Part shown: one piece after another, positions 25,126-38,529 of the stretch
How the letters are laid out: each line of letters starts with the position of its first letter
Position numbering within the stretch: the first letter of the stretch is position 1
Origin: Eledone cirrhosa
Lineage: Eukaryota
Direction: 5' to 3'
Assembly (NCBI GenBank): GCA_964016885.1
Contig: OZ024762.1
Coordinates: 6,138,001 to 6,202,000 of the forward strand
Length of the DNA: 64,000 nucleotides
Program-made: the position numbers and the translations under genes
The notes under the pieces: model-generated
What the model saw: the letters and a program-made list of their open reading frames with translations, nothing else
The model's database searches: none
Told to the model about the DNA's origin: nothing

Positions 25126-25501
25126 ATAGCGGAAAGCACGAAACGTGGTGGTGGGGGGGGGGGGGTAATTTCCCTTATATATTTATTCTTTATCATTAAC
25201 ATTAACATAAAAAATAATAATCATATATAATTATTTTAAACTTTTTTACTAGAAATGTTTTAGAGAAGAGCCTCGTCAGGTGAAAATCTGGCCCTGGAAA
25301 CATATATAAATATAGAAACACATGCTATATTATTATAGTCGATGATTTTAGCAATATGATTGAGATGGAAATACATTGAATGTAAATTTGAAACAGTTAC
25401 AGACAGATATTTATAAAGTATATTGTTATGGTTGATTTTCCACAAATAATTAATTATTGTTTGTTTTATCTGTGTTTTTTTTTTATTGTTTGTTGTTACA
25501 G

Positions 25502-25584
25502 CAAAATATTGGCCTCCCATTAACAGTGAAGGTCCTAAAAGAAGATGCCAAACTAAGTAATATTGACAGCAATTCAGGACTGAG
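25502..25584 (+). CDS. RBM18: RBM18 linker exon (QNIGLPLTV..SNSGLS)
   Basis: Long T-rich tract plus acag| acceptor and AG|gttagt donor; phases 0/2 bridge the neighbours. Confidence 0.85.
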
Positions 25585-25676
25585 GTTAGTTGAAACTATC
25601 ATTACTACTGTTACTGTTACTATTGTCATTACTACTACTACTGCTACTCCTAATACTACTACTACCACTACCACTG

Positions 25677-25709
<33 letters not shown>

Positions 25710-27065
25710 GCGTTTTAAAGCAAAACCCTGCTAAAGCAGAGATTTGCCTCAGGGGACTTTATTGCAAGTTTCATACTCATCATGGAGGCTTTTTTGAAGA
25801 AATGTTTTATAGTCAGATGTCCTTCTTGACACCAACCCTTTTTGTTGCTTCTTATGACATACAGGGTTATGGTGTACCTATTGTAAGCCAAATACACAAT
25901 ATTAACCCTCATATATTGCCTACTGTATTGAATACATTATTAAGACAGTGGGTTGTCTGAATTATTAGGGCATTGAAAAATACTTTACAATATATGCTTT
26001 GGTGATAGGACAGGCATCCAGCCATAGAGGGCTTGCCAAATAAATTGTTGGGAGCCCTTTCAGTTCTGTTAAAAACATGATAACCTCCCTAGTGTTGGTG
26101 ATCTACATGATAAATGCACCCAGTATACACTAAAGTGGATGGTGATAGGAAGTACATCCAGCTATAGAAAGCTTGCCAAATAAAGAGTTGGGAGGACCCT
26201 ACAGTTGTGTTAAAGACATAGCCTCTCTAGTGTTGGTGATCTACATGATAAACACACCCAATACATGCTGTAAAGTGGTTGGTGATAGGAGGGGCATTCA
26301 GTTGTAGAAAATTTGCCAAACAAAGGGTTGGGAGGACTCTTGAGTTGTGTCGAGAACTGACAGCCTCACCTGTACACTCGGTAGAATGTGAAACCGTACA
26401 TAAGTGAAATGCAGTTTCTCTGACCTGTCTGGGAGATCAGTAGTCTACTTCAGTACTGACTTGGTCAAGGAAAACAAACTTTAAACGATGATGATGATGA
26501 GGATGCTGATGATATTTGTTTTGGCTCTTTGTGATTTTCCCTGCTAGCATCTGTTGGATTTTGTAAAATAATTAACTTAATAATTATGAAGCAGGTGTTT
26601 GGAACATAACTTAAGAAAGGTTCTAACCACATGCCCTTTATATTGGAGCTGTGATCTCTCAGTTCGGAGAAGTAGCAACTCTACCTGGAGTGATTCCCTG
26701 ATTATTTCTGAGCTACACACTATCAAGTGATGTTACTTCAAAGTCCCATCGGAGGACCCCATTTCAACTGCTTGTATTCGCAATTGTATTCTTTCAGTCA
26801 GTCATTACTCCAAATTCATTACCATAGGTAAAGATTGGCATGAATACTGAATTGAAGATAGTGAGCTTGGCTTTTACACCTTCCTCCCTTCTTCTGATGA
26901 CTGAATACTGTAGCTGTTCTATTGAAATACGTAATATGTTATACATCCTTTCTAAATCTTACCTTCTTTTCTTTCTCAAACCAGTTTTCACTATGATTGT
27001 TCTGATTCTTGTGTTTCAGTTCTTGGAACTTTTTTCTTACTGTCTTTTGCATTTATCTTCTGTAG

Positions 27066-27252
27066 CCGAGAGAGTAAGATCCGGGCAATTGAAGCAAAAC
27101 TTCGAGCAATGGAAGAAAGTCAGAAAGATTTCACGTACTCCCTGGCACCTGCTGCAGCGCCGGGGACCAGCAAATGGTGCTCATCTCAAATACCACCCAC
27201 TCGTAAACCACAAAATAATAAACCTTATAGACGAACTTTTTCTAAAAGATGA
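27066..27252 (+). CDS. RBM18: RBM18 last exon (RESKIRAIEAKLRAMEE...KPYRRTFSKR*)
   Basis: ctgtag| acceptor; KIxAIEAKL motif; TGA at 27250-27252. Confidence 0.93.
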
Positions 27253-27534
27253 AGAACCAAATTTTTTTTTCTAAAAAGAAACATTTTTTCTAAAAAAAAA
27301 TTGCAAAAAAATTTTAAAAAAATGAAAAATCATTTTTGTAAAAAAAAATAAAATAAAATAAAATGATTGACCAATTTTTGTAAAACACAAATGAAGGACC
27401 ATCTTTGTTCATGGCTCCTTTAACCTTTTTGGGGCCATATTTCTAAATTTTATGTACTTCCTATGTGTCACCATTAATTTTAAGAGTAATAAGGATATTG
27501 GATAGATAATTGGAGGTAAGAATTTTCTTCATTA

Positions 27535-27777
27535 TTAACCCTTCTGTAGCATATTTCTGTCGAAAGACACTGAATTTGAAAATATTCAAGAATTTGCAGG
27601 GATTTAGTAATATAATTAACTTTCTTGTTATTAAGTTGGTGTTTGGAACATTACTTAAAGTTCCTTACATAGAATTTTTATGGAAGGTTTTTAGATAAAT
27701 ATAAAACGCTATAAAATAAACAATTTTGTATGAGAAACCAGGGACAGTTTCAGGTGGGTTGATATCAAAGGGGTTAA
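27535..27777. mobile_element. piggyBac-like MITE just downstream of RBM18
   Basis: TTAA|CCCTT...AAGGGG|TTAA. Confidence 0.6.
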
Positions 27778-29729
27778 AGAGTACCAAATGACACCATTAC
27801 ATTGATAATATCCTGCAACAAAATGGCAAAGGTATCGTCCATTTTTGCAGGTATTTATCAGCTATTATTTTCAGGTAATTTTATTTGGTAATTTGTTTAA
27901 ATAACTTTTAAGGATAACAACTCTCATTTGATATGTGGAGACTTGTGATAAACATAGTTTGTCATGGTTATGTATTAATTCAAAAAGGTTATATAAAAAA
28001 TTGAGTATGTTGATGTGAGGAAGAGAAGTTCAAAATTTCAACAAATAGTCCACTGGACAGTATTACCTGAAACAGTCTTTTATTTATAACATCTAAGTTA
28101 AGGGCTGAAACAGTTGCTTGAGGGTTTTTCCTTCTCTGAAGACTTTCTGCTGTTCAGCTTTCCTGAGAGTTTCTTACCACCTAAACATGCAAGATATATA
28201 CTGTATATACTTGTGCAGGAGTCATGCTTTTTCCCATACACAAAAAAAATGTGACTTATCTACTGGGTCTGCAAAACCTTATATGTGAGCCATGAAGGTT
28301 GCAGTTTTTCATGCCTGCTACATATATATATACATACACACATGTAATATTTAATATAGAAATGGCTTCTACAGGACTAGAAATGTTTCATTCAAAGGGA
28401 ATCATCAAGGCATTCCTGATAATTTCCTTCGAATGAAACTTCTAGTCCTGTAGAAGCCATTTCTATATCAAATATTGTATATACTCTATGTATTGAGTAC
28501 CTTACCCCTGATTGAACCCTGGATACATATATATATATATACATATATGTCATCATTGTCATTATCATCATCATCATTTAACGTCCACTTTCCCTGCTAG
28601 AAAGGGTTGGACGTGTCTTCACAGACGAAGTCAGTACTAAAGGGGGTCTGCTGATCTCCAAGAGGTTCACATCACACACAAAGTCCCACATTCTACCAAG
28701 TGTATTTTATTATGGCACCAACTCTAGAGAGGTTGTCATGCCTTTGACACAATTGAAGCTCCTTCCAACCCTTTCTTTTTATGATAAAGTGTACTGGGTG
28801 TGTTTATTGTGTAGATCACCAACACGAGCGAGGTTATTATTATCATCATCATTTAACGTCCACTTTCCCTGCCTAACAAGGGTTAGATGGGTCTTCACAG
28901 ACTGAATCTGTACTGAAGTGAGGCCACCCCGAGAGGCTGGGGTTCATGTATATTTGTTTTAGAAAAGATCATTGTTGTAAGGGGCAACTAAATAGGTTGG
29001 CATTAGGAAGGACATCCGGCTGTAAAACATTGTCTCAAAGCAACCCTTCCAATCCGTGCCTGCATGGAAAGAGGAACTTAAAACTATGATGATATATATA
29101 TATAATATAGGTGTGTGGAATAACTATTTACAGGGGGAAATGTTGGGTTAAAACCTTGGACTGTGTGATTGGAAAATGGACTAATTGTAGCAACATGACT
29201 GATATAAGAAGTGTATATGTGTGTAAATATTAAAGAGTTACAGACGGAAATATGTATAAATACACAAACACGTGGTATATTATTATGGTTGATAAAAGAA
29301 TACCCAACATTTTGCTGTATGTATTATGTCAGTGTTTCATTGGTTTGAATAAAAACGTGGATGGTATCAGTTCTATATTAAAATAGATATTTGATTTTGC
29401 TCTAAAATGATTTCAGGCTAACCTGAACCCTGTTAGTCGTTATGCACACACACACACATATACACATATTCATGCATATATATATATATATATATAATAC
29501 ACACGCAAGCACATACGTACAGACATATACACATGTACATATCTACATACATAAAATCTCAACCATTGTGGTCAGTCCAATATTTTGTCGTATGTAATCA
29601 CTGCATATACAACGTAAACATAACAAATTTTGGAAAAGTTGAACTTTAGAATGCGGTAAGATTACCTACAAGTATTTCGACCCCTTAATCCACCGCCATT
29701 TAATTATTTCTTTCTTTATAATAATAATA

Positions 29730-31052
29730 ATGATTTCTGCTATAGACGCAAGGCCAGCAATTTGGGGAGAGAGGAAAGCCGATTAAATCGACTCAAGTGC
29801 ATTACTGATGCTTTATTTTATCGACCCTGGTGGGATTTGACCTCATAATAATAATAGTAATAATTGTTTCTACTTTTGGCACAAGGCCAGCAATTTCTCA
29901 GTACATTACTGGTACTTTATTTTATCGACCCCATAAGGATGAAATGCAAAGTTAACCTTGGCGGGATTTGAACTCAGTCTGGAAAGGGACGCAACTATGC
30001 TGGAAAGAATGGCGTCCGACTCTGCCAATCCACCGTAATAATTGTTTCTACTTCTGGCACAAGGCCAGCAATTATTCCAGTGTATTACTGGTACTTTATT
30101 TTATCGACCCCCATGAGGATGAAAGGCAAAGTTGAACTCGGACCATAAAGGGCCGTAACTCTTTGCTGCAAAGCATGGCGTCCGACCCTCTACCGATACT
30201 GCCAATCCACCGAATGTAATATAGTTAATACGAAGTATTGTGAGATATATAAGAAATTACTGATAAATTTCAGAAAGTCGGTATCCAGTATGATGCAGTA
30301 GATATGTTAGGAAGACTCCTGGTAACCTCTAGCTGGATAGGCGCGATCTTACTGCATAGAACATAGTTTCCCAAACTGGGCGATAAGCAACTGAACAGAA
30401 AAAGGTGGGCGATTGGAAACTATGGTGGCCGATATAGTATTTTGAGTATTGTGAAGGTATTTCAACATATGCTACCCGAAAATTAAAAAAATCTCAATGT
30501 AAAAAAAAAAAAGCAGGATGCTAAATGGGAATAACGAATCAGTAACAAACTCTTATCAAACATTTTTGGTGGATGGTGGAAAAGTTTTCCATGTGAAGTG
30601 GATAATGATATAAAAAGGGAGAGAACCTCTGTTCGAGAAGAATTCTCTACCTTTTATTGTTGGGACGTATACGAGTATTAATCAGCTTTCTGAAACTTAT
30701 TCAGATTGTAATAATTGTTTCTACTTTTTGGCACAAGGCCAGCAATTACCGAGTGCATTACTGGTACTTTATTTCATCGACCCCGTAAGGATGAAAGGCA
30801 AAGTTAACCTCGACGGGATTTGAACTCAGAATGGCAAGGGCTGTAACTATGCGTCAAAGCATGGCGTCCGACCCTCTACCGATACTGCCAATCTGCCGAT
30901 TGTAATAATAATTGTTTCTGATTTAGGCACAAGGCTCGTAATTTGAGGAGAGGATTGGAAAGTCGATTATATCGACCCTAGTACATGACTTGTACTTTAT
31001 TTTATCAAGCTCAAAAGGATAAAAACAAAATTTACCTCAGCTTGATCTGAAC
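29730..31052 (-). mobile_element. Cluster of antisense SINE copies between RBM18 and PSMB7
   Basis: At least five copies of the dominant SINE. Confidence 0.8.
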
Positions 31053-32336
31053 TCAAGGATGTTCTGCTAGATTAAGGGAGGTGGGTTGAGAAGGTGTCTG
31101 TGTCTTCTCCTGACGGCATGGCTACCTTCAGTTCTTAGGGAAAGCGTGGTACATACAACCAAGTCATACTCAATTGCGAATGACGGTTATAGAAGTAGAG
31201 ATATTTTTTTATTTAAAAGAAATGCATAGCAGAACTGAATGCTAAGGTGGTGGGATATACTAAAACATTGTTGATACTGGAATACAAGGAAGGCGGTGGT
31301 GAGATATAGTCACATTGTTACTGGAATACTGGGATGGTGGGATATAGTCACACATTGTTGGTACTGGAATACCAGTGAAGTGAAAAAATAGTTGCACATT
31401 GTTGGTACCAAAATCTCGGGGAAACTCCAAAAGGGATCACACAAGTTTGACAAGCAAAAGATTTGTCATTCACACGTTTTCAACTGAGTGGATTGGAAAT
31501 GATGTATGTACCTTGTTCAAGGTAACAACACACCATCTAGTTCAGGATCAAACCCACTACAGTACATTAATAAGACCAACACTCTGCCTTCACACTTTCT
31601 ATCTTGACATGATTTTAAATGTAATTTGAAAGGCTATTCTTGTTACACACTGATCACGTTGATTCTGCTTGAGAGTTGATATTAGGGTCACAAATGTCTG
31701 TGGAATACTCAACCACTTACACTAGTATAATGAACAGATAGTCAAACAACCAGGTGGGGGTTTATTTGTTGTTTTGGAGTAAATGGTTTGGTGGAATTTG
31801 AGTCTTAGTTTAACAATTTAATTAAATTATTTCAACCAATAAGGTTCACAAACAAGAGAAGCTTGGAAGTCTTCCACTGGGCCACACATGTCATAAGGTT
31901 CAAGCATGTGGTCTATACAGTTGTTGAAGAGATTACTTGGAAGTCTTCCACTGGGTCACAAGGTTCAGACATGTAGCCTATACTGTTGTTGAATGGTATC
32001 CAAGAGATCAGAAGAGACCACTTGGAAGACCTCCAAGATGATGGGAAGATGACACAGTAATATGATTTGTGTTAAAAGAGCAGAATCAAAGGAGGAATTG
32101 AAGTGTGACCAGCAACAAACATCTGATAGTCTGGTCAATCCAATGTAACCAGTGACGTATAAGGACATCTGATAGTGTGGTCGATTCCTTGTGACCAGTG
32201 ATATATAAGGACAATTAATAGTCTGGTCCGTCTATTGGGACCAGCAAAGGAAATCTAATAGTGTGGTCAATCCAATGTGATCAGTGATATAAGGACATCT
32301 ACTAGTATGATCAATCTATTGTGGCCAGTGATGTAT

Positions 32337-32663
32337 AAGCTCCCATGACTTTCGGAAACATTTCTTCAAGCTCAGAGTTGCTGAAGCATGGAACAAACTA
32401 CCTGCATCAATTGTTAGCTGCAAGGACACTGCATGCTTCCTGAAATTCGCCAACACTACACCTGATATTCCCCCTGCATACACACTCACTCACGTATCTG
32501 TGTGTATATCATGACTCATACACTTCACTTTCCTGACATAAAGTACCTGTAATGCGCTGGGATAATTGCTGGCCTTGTGCCAAAAGTCTAAACAATTATT
32601 CTCTGTAGTATACATGCACCTTTTATAAGTTTTAGTGCACCTGAGCACTGTACACAATAATTT
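32337..32663 (+). mobile_element. CR1/L2-type LINE 3' end
   Basis: FRKHFFKLRVAEAWNKLPASIV; its 3' UTR matches the reverse complement of 20-140 and 23168-23460. Confidence 0.75.
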
Positions 32664-33179
32664 TCAAGGTAAACTTTGCCTTTCATCCTTACGGGGTCGA
32701 TAAAATAAAGTACCAGTAATATACTAGGTTGAAACGTTTATTATTATGGTGAATTGGCAGAATCGGTAGAGGGTCGGACATGCTTTCCAGCATAGCTACG
32801 TCCCTTTACGATCTGAGTTCAAATCCTGCCGAGGTTAACTTTGCCTTTCATCCTTACGGGATCAATAAAATAAAGTACCAGTAATGTACTGGCCTTGTGC
32901 CTAAAATAGAAACAATTATTATTATTATCTGATAGTCTGGTCAATTTATTGTTACTAGCAAATGACCTTTGACAGTCTGGTCAGTCCATTGTGACCAGTT
33001 ATACATAAAGACATCTGATAGTCTGTAAATCCCGCGAGAAACGATATTTAAAAATATAATGTAATATAATTGTTTCTACTTTTGGCACAAGGCCAGAAAT
33101 TTATGGTACTTTATTTTATCGACCCAGAAAATATGAAAGGCAAAGTAAACCTCATATTGAGAAATGTTCGGAGAGCGAA

Positions 33180-33248
33180 ACCGGAAACTGTGGCAACGTG
33201 AATAGTTACTTCCGGTAAACTCATCATTCATTAAAATGGCTTCGTCAC
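33180..33248 (+). promoter_or_regulatory. PSMB7 proximal promoter motifs
   Basis: ETS-like ACCGGAAA (33180-33187) and ACTTCCGGT (33208-33216); YY1-like AAAATGGC over the ATG; ARE-like GTGACgaaGC on the minus strand (33239-33248). Motif matches only. Confidence 0.5.
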
Positions 33249-33297
33249 TTGTGACTGTCCTCCCCAAGTCTGGCTTTGTATTCGAAAATTGCCGTCG
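33236..33297 (+). CDS. PSMB7: PSMB7 exon 1 (MASSLVTVLPKSGFVFENCRR)
   Basis: aaaATGg start and CG|gtaagt donor; GFxFxNC propeptide motif. Confidence 0.95.
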
Positions 33298-33774
33298 GTA
33301 AGTGATTTTTTTTGCTTCAGCTAATACCTTATAAGTATTCCGTATGAATGATAGAATAAATTTGCTCGTATTTCTAAAAGTCCTTCTATTGTGTGTTACA
33401 GAAATGTCTCCCCAATATCGGACAATTACTTCTGAAGTAACACAAACAATTGCATGATCGAGCTCACCAGCGAATGCTCTTTGTTTTTGTTATTACAAAA
33501 ATTGGAAGTATAATATTTCATTTATACCCTAGTTACTTATCTTGCAATCTTATCTAGTTATATTGGTAAAATAGATAGCTATGAGAATAAATTCTTTAAA
33601 TTTCATGGTACGTCAGTTATTTTACGAAACTAACCAACACGAAATGAGAGCGGTATGGATTGATAATTTTGCTTAATCATAGTGTAGTGGAAACCGCTTC
33701 TTACTACTTATAATGTTATGAAACGATCTTTATTATTATAACTATCAAAATTACCGTGTTCCAAACATGTTATA

Positions 33775-34130
33775 TCCTCTGTTTAATGTTATCAGCCGGT
33801 TATTTTTATGTAAAAAGTACCGTCCAAAATTGATCACAATAAACAACTTCCACTGTATTAAGGGAACTCAAATTAGAAAATATGAGCAATGTTGTTTTAT
33901 CCTCTGCTTAGTGTCATCAACCAATTTTTATGTAAAGGGTTTCGTCCTAGAGTGGTCGCATTAAGCAGCTTCTACTGTACTAAGGGAACCCAAATTAGAA
34001 AATGTAGACAATTTTGTTGTATCCTCTGCTTAATGTCAGTTATTTTTACATAAAGGGTGCCGTCCCAAAGTTATTACTATGAGCGGCTTCCAATGTATTG
34101 AGAGGAACTCGAGTGAGAAAATATGAACAT
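33775..34130. repeat. ~115-bp degenerate tandem triplication in PSMB7 intron 1
   Basis: CTTC.ACTGTA.TAAGGGAAC.CAAATTAGAAAAT..TATCCTCTGCTTA is repeated. Confidence 0.75.
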
Positions 34131-34639
34131 CAGTTACATATTTTAAAATCGTTCGAGTTGTTAACGTATTTTGTAAGCAAATTTATACGATTTACTGAAA
34201 ATATGTTTCTACTTTTGGCACAAAGCCAGCAATTTGAAGGGGAAGGGGAAGTTGATTAAATCGACTCCAGTGCGTTACTGGTACTTTATTTAACGATCCC
34301 ATAAGGACGAGAGGCAAAGCTAACCTCGGTGCGATTTGAACTTAGAATATAAAAGGCCGTAACTATATGGTCACCTATTCTTTTCATTTTCTTCTGTAAA
34401 AAAAAAATGTTCATCTGTCAAGGGCAGTGGATTGGCGGAATTGTTAAAGCACTGTGTATGATGCCTTGCGATATTTGTTCTGCCTCTTTGCTTTCTGATT
34501 TCAAATCCAGCTTTTGCCTTACTGATAGATGTCCTAGTCAACATCATATGTTGAAAGCATTCAGACGAGGTTTTCAGTATCAGAGATTTTGAAAAGAGTC
34601 ATGCACACTGTCCTTATCTCCTTGGCTAAATAATAAGTT

Positions 34640-35220
34640 TGTTGTACTGGTGCCACAACAAATAACACTCAGTCCACCCTGTAAAGTGGTCCTACTAGTG
34701 CCACAAGAAGCACCCAGTCCACCTTGTAAAGTAGTAGTACTGGTGCTATAACAAAAAATACCCAGTACCTCATGTGAGATGGTCGTACCCATGCCACAAC
34801 AAAAAGCAGCAAGTCCATCTTGTAAGGTGATAGTGCTGGTTTGACAAAAAGCACCCAGTCAATCCTACAAAGTAGTCATACTGATGTCTCAACAAAAAAA
34901 AAACACCCAGTCCACCCTAAAAGGTGGTATTGTTGGTAGCACGATAAAAAAAAGCACCCAATACACCTTGTAAAGTGGTAGTGCTGGTACCTTGACAACA
35001 AAAAGCATGCAGTCCACCCTTCAAGATGGTCATACTGGTGTCACAACAAAAAACATCCAATAAGATGGTATTGCAGGTGCCATGACAAAAACGACAGCCA
35101 ATATACCCTGTAACATGATAGGGCTGGTACTGTGAAAACTGCACCCAGTCCACTCTGTAAGGTGGTTGTATTGGTGCTATGACAATAAGCACCCAATCCA
35201 TCCAGTGAGGTGGTTGGTAT
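34640..35220 (-). repeat. Degenerate ~48-bp SINE-derived array in PSMB7 intron 1
   Basis: Repeats of CACCCAGTCCACC.TGTAAAG..GT..TACTGGTGCCACAAC; reverse complement of the intron 5 array. Confidence 0.8.
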
Positions 35221-35705
35221 CAAAAAAGGTATTAAATGGGGTGTATGAGCAAGACATGGTCATGTGACCCGTCAGGCCTCATAATGTGACAACCTGTCTA
35301 ACCCATGTAAATATAGAAAATAGACATTAATGTTCACTTACATCAGCATTACCACCACTGTCATCATCATCGCCACCATTACCATCACCATCCCCCACTT
35401 CTAACAACATTACCACCACTACTATCGTCATCATCTCCGCCAATGTTTTTCATGGTCTTCCTCTACTGCGTCTTCCTTCCACTGGGATTTTTTGGCACTT
35501 CTTTACCCAGCAGTCATCTTCCATGTGCATCACATGGCTATACCAACGCAGTCTTCTCTCCCGCACACTACAGTTTATCTTTCTTATACACAGTTTCACT
35601 CTCAACTCATCCATGCTTGGTCGTTCATGCACATTGACCTCCCTTCCTATATTTTCTTCTATTTAATGAGTGTTTTGTTTAACAGCTTGTATTCTTTTGT
35701 TATAG

Positions 35706-35787
35706 GAATGCTACTTTAACTAAAAATGGGGCTACCCTACCTCGAGCTTACAAAACTGGGACTACCATTGCTGGTGTTATTTTTAAG
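35706..35787 (+). CDS. PSMB7: PSMB7 exon 2 (NATL..KTGTTIAGVIFK)
   Basis: tatag| acceptor and AAG|gtaagg donor; catalytic Thr. Confidence 0.97.
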
Positions 35788-36477
35788 GTAAGGATTTTAA
35801 TATTTTATAAATGTATTGAGTTCAACAACAAGCCTTTTAAGAGATTTGCTTTGTGAGAGTAGGCAAGACAAGTTTCTCCATGTTGTCCTATCTTCTGTAT
35901 CCCTAGTCCAGCTCCTGGCTTTCCTTTCCTCTTCCATTATTTTTCTTAAGTCTTCCTCTGCTTGCTGGTACCATGATAAACTTTACCCATACAAATATGA
36001 GGCATTCTCTTATGAACCATTCCCAATAAAAAGGGTGTTTAGCTTGAAATATTAACTTTCATCCATTCGAGGTCAATAAAAAAAAGTACCAGTCTAGTAC
36101 AAGCATCAATTCTTCCTCTGTATCTCTTTCTCACTTCCTTTCTCTCACTCTTTCTCTCTATCCCAATATGGAAGAAATCTGCTGTATTCAAATCTGGAGT
36201 GGAGATGGACTGCCAGGTTTAAAAATACCCTAAGAAATGCTGTATGTTAATATGGCACCTCCACGACTCTCAGGAGTTAGGGACCATGCATCATGAAGAA
36301 ATATATTGGGGAAAAATATTTTTTTTTTTTTTTTTTTCATCTTTTTGCCATCAGTACCACCTTTATATTTCTATCCATATAGTACCACCTTTCTGAAACC
36401 CTTATCATTTACATTTAATGTTTGTATCATGTGATTGATGGATTAATGAACTGTCTGTAATCCCTGATTTTGTTTAG

Positions 36478-36575
36478 GATGGTGTAGTTCTTGGAGCAGA
36501 TACCAGGGCCACTGAAGACACTATTGTAGCAGATAAGAACTGTGCAAAGATTCATTATATGGCTGATAACATTTA
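36478..36575 (+). CDS. PSMB7: PSMB7 exon 3 ([23 protein letters not shown])
   Basis: tttag| acceptor and |gtaagt donor. Confidence 0.97.
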
Positions 36576-37308
36576 GTAAGTCAAAATATACTTTTATTTT
36601 AATATTTCATTAAAGTGGCTGGTGGATTGGCAGTATCAGTAGATCATCAGACAACATGCTTTAGCATATAGTTACATTCTGAGTTCAAATCCCGCCGAGG
36701 TTGGCTTTTCCTTTCATCATTATGGGGTCGCTAAAATAGTACCGGTAACACACTGGGGTTGATTTAATAAATTTTGTCCTCACTCGAAATTGTTGGCCTT
36801 GTGCTTAAATCAGAAACTATTATTTCATTAAAGCAGGGCTATGTGGCTTAGTGGTTAGAGTATTGGATTCACAATCCTGAGGTTGTGAGTTCAATTCCCA
36901 GACCAGGTGGTGTGTTGTGTTCTTGAGCCAGACACTTTATTTCATGTTGCTCCAGTTCACTCAGCTGTAAAATGAATTGTTTTATCAGTTGCCTTTCATG
37001 ATATATAGTGCGTAGTGTATGAGATGCAACATTACTGGTGCCAATCTGTATCAGCCTTTGCCTTTCCCTTGGACAACATCAGAGGGGAGACTGGTATGCA
37101 TGGGTGACTGCTGGTTCTCGACAAAACCACCTTACTCAGACATGTGCCTCAGAGTGGAACTTTCTAGGTGCAAAACCCATGGTCTTTCATGAAGCGAGTC
37201 GTTACCCTTTCAAGCATGTCATAGCTGTGAACTGTAGCCACGTGATAGGACTGTTATAATTCTGTGACACATTTTGTAATATGAAACTGTTTGTATTATT
37301 TTCAGTTG

Positions 37309-37522
37309 GGGTTGTGAATTGGCAGTATCAGTAGAGCGTCGGACAACATGCTTTGTGGCATAGTTATGGCCCTTTATGTTCTGAGTTCAAATCCTGCCGG
37401 GGTTACCTTTACCTTTCATCCTTACAGGATTGATAAAATAAAGAACCAGTAATGCACTGGGGTCAAATTAATTGACTTTTCCCTCTCCCCAAATTGTTGA
37501 CCTTGTGCCTAAATCAGAGACC
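37309..37522 (+). mobile_element. SINE inserted at the PSMB7 exon 4 acceptor, with a 14-bp TSD
   Basis: ATTATTTTCAGTTG at both 37295-37308 and 37523-37536. Confidence 0.85.
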
Positions 37523-37533
37523 ATTATTTTCAG

Positions 37534-37674
37534 TTGTTGTGGTGCTGGTACCGCTGCTGATACTGAAATGACTACCCAGTTGATTGCATCTCAGCTAGAA
37601 TTACACAAGCTTAATACTGGACGTACACCAAGGGTGTGTACAGCTAACCGTCTCTTGAAGCAGATGCTGTTCAG
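37534..37674 (+). CDS. PSMB7: PSMB7 exon 4 ([18 protein letters not shown])
   Basis: tttcag| acceptor and AG|gtgagt donor. Confidence 0.97.
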
Positions 37675-38413
37675 GTGAGTCTGTTCCTTTTCTTTGTTGG
37701 TATTTGTCAATCACCACCCTCATTACTACCCCTACCTCTGACACCATTGATACCACCAACACCATCATCACAACTCCCACTCCAACCATTATCACCACTA
37801 CCAGTATGTATATACACTATCTATATATATATATATATATATGTGTGTATACATCAGTCTCCATATATAGATGCACAATAAATATGTATGTCTACATACA
37901 CTACTACTACCAGCATTTTGTTGCCAATTTCCCAGCTAAAATTGGGGTTAGTCTTGTGTATGCGATGGAAGGTTTCATACTCATTATTAAGTCCTTTTTT
38001 AGTCAGTTTTGGTTGGATTCCCAAGTGGAACCAACCAAGCATATGCATGTTGTCTAACCATCTTGCTCTGGGTCTCCTGCCAGTAGGTTTTTGCCTGTAA
38101 AATCCGTTCAACGATCCTTTCCTGAGACGTTCTGACATGTCTGTAGTACCAGAGCTGTGATCTCTCGATACAGAGAAGTAGTAGCTTTAACTGGAGTGAC
38201 TTCCTAATCATTTCCAAGCTACGTACTTTATCAAGTAGTGTTATTTCAAAAACACTAGGGAGGAACCCCATTTTGACTACTTGTATTTATGATCGTATTC
38301 TTTTTGATCATTACCAAAGATTCTTGACCAGATGCAGTGATGAAGCAGCTCTAAATGCTACGATTCCCTGACCATCTCTGAGTTATGTGTATATAATAAT
38401 GTATTTGTTTCAG

Positions 38414-38529
38414 ATATCATGGAATGATCAGTGCTGCTTTGGTCCTTGGTGGAGTTGATCACACTGGTCCTCATCTTTATAGTATTTGGCCTCATGGTTC
38501 CACAGACAAACTACCTTTTGTTACCATGG
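38414..38529 (+). CDS. PSMB7: PSMB7 exon 5 ([29 protein letters not shown])
   Basis: tttcag| acceptor and G|gtaagc donor. Confidence 0.97.

Larger units (their letters stand above)
19667..27252 (+). other. RBM18: RBM18 gene span, 6 coding exons, 195 aa
   Basis: RRM with RLWIGNLDP (RNP2) and RGYCFATY (RNP1), plus the RBM18-typical C-terminal KIRAIEAKLRAME motif. Confidence 0.95.
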
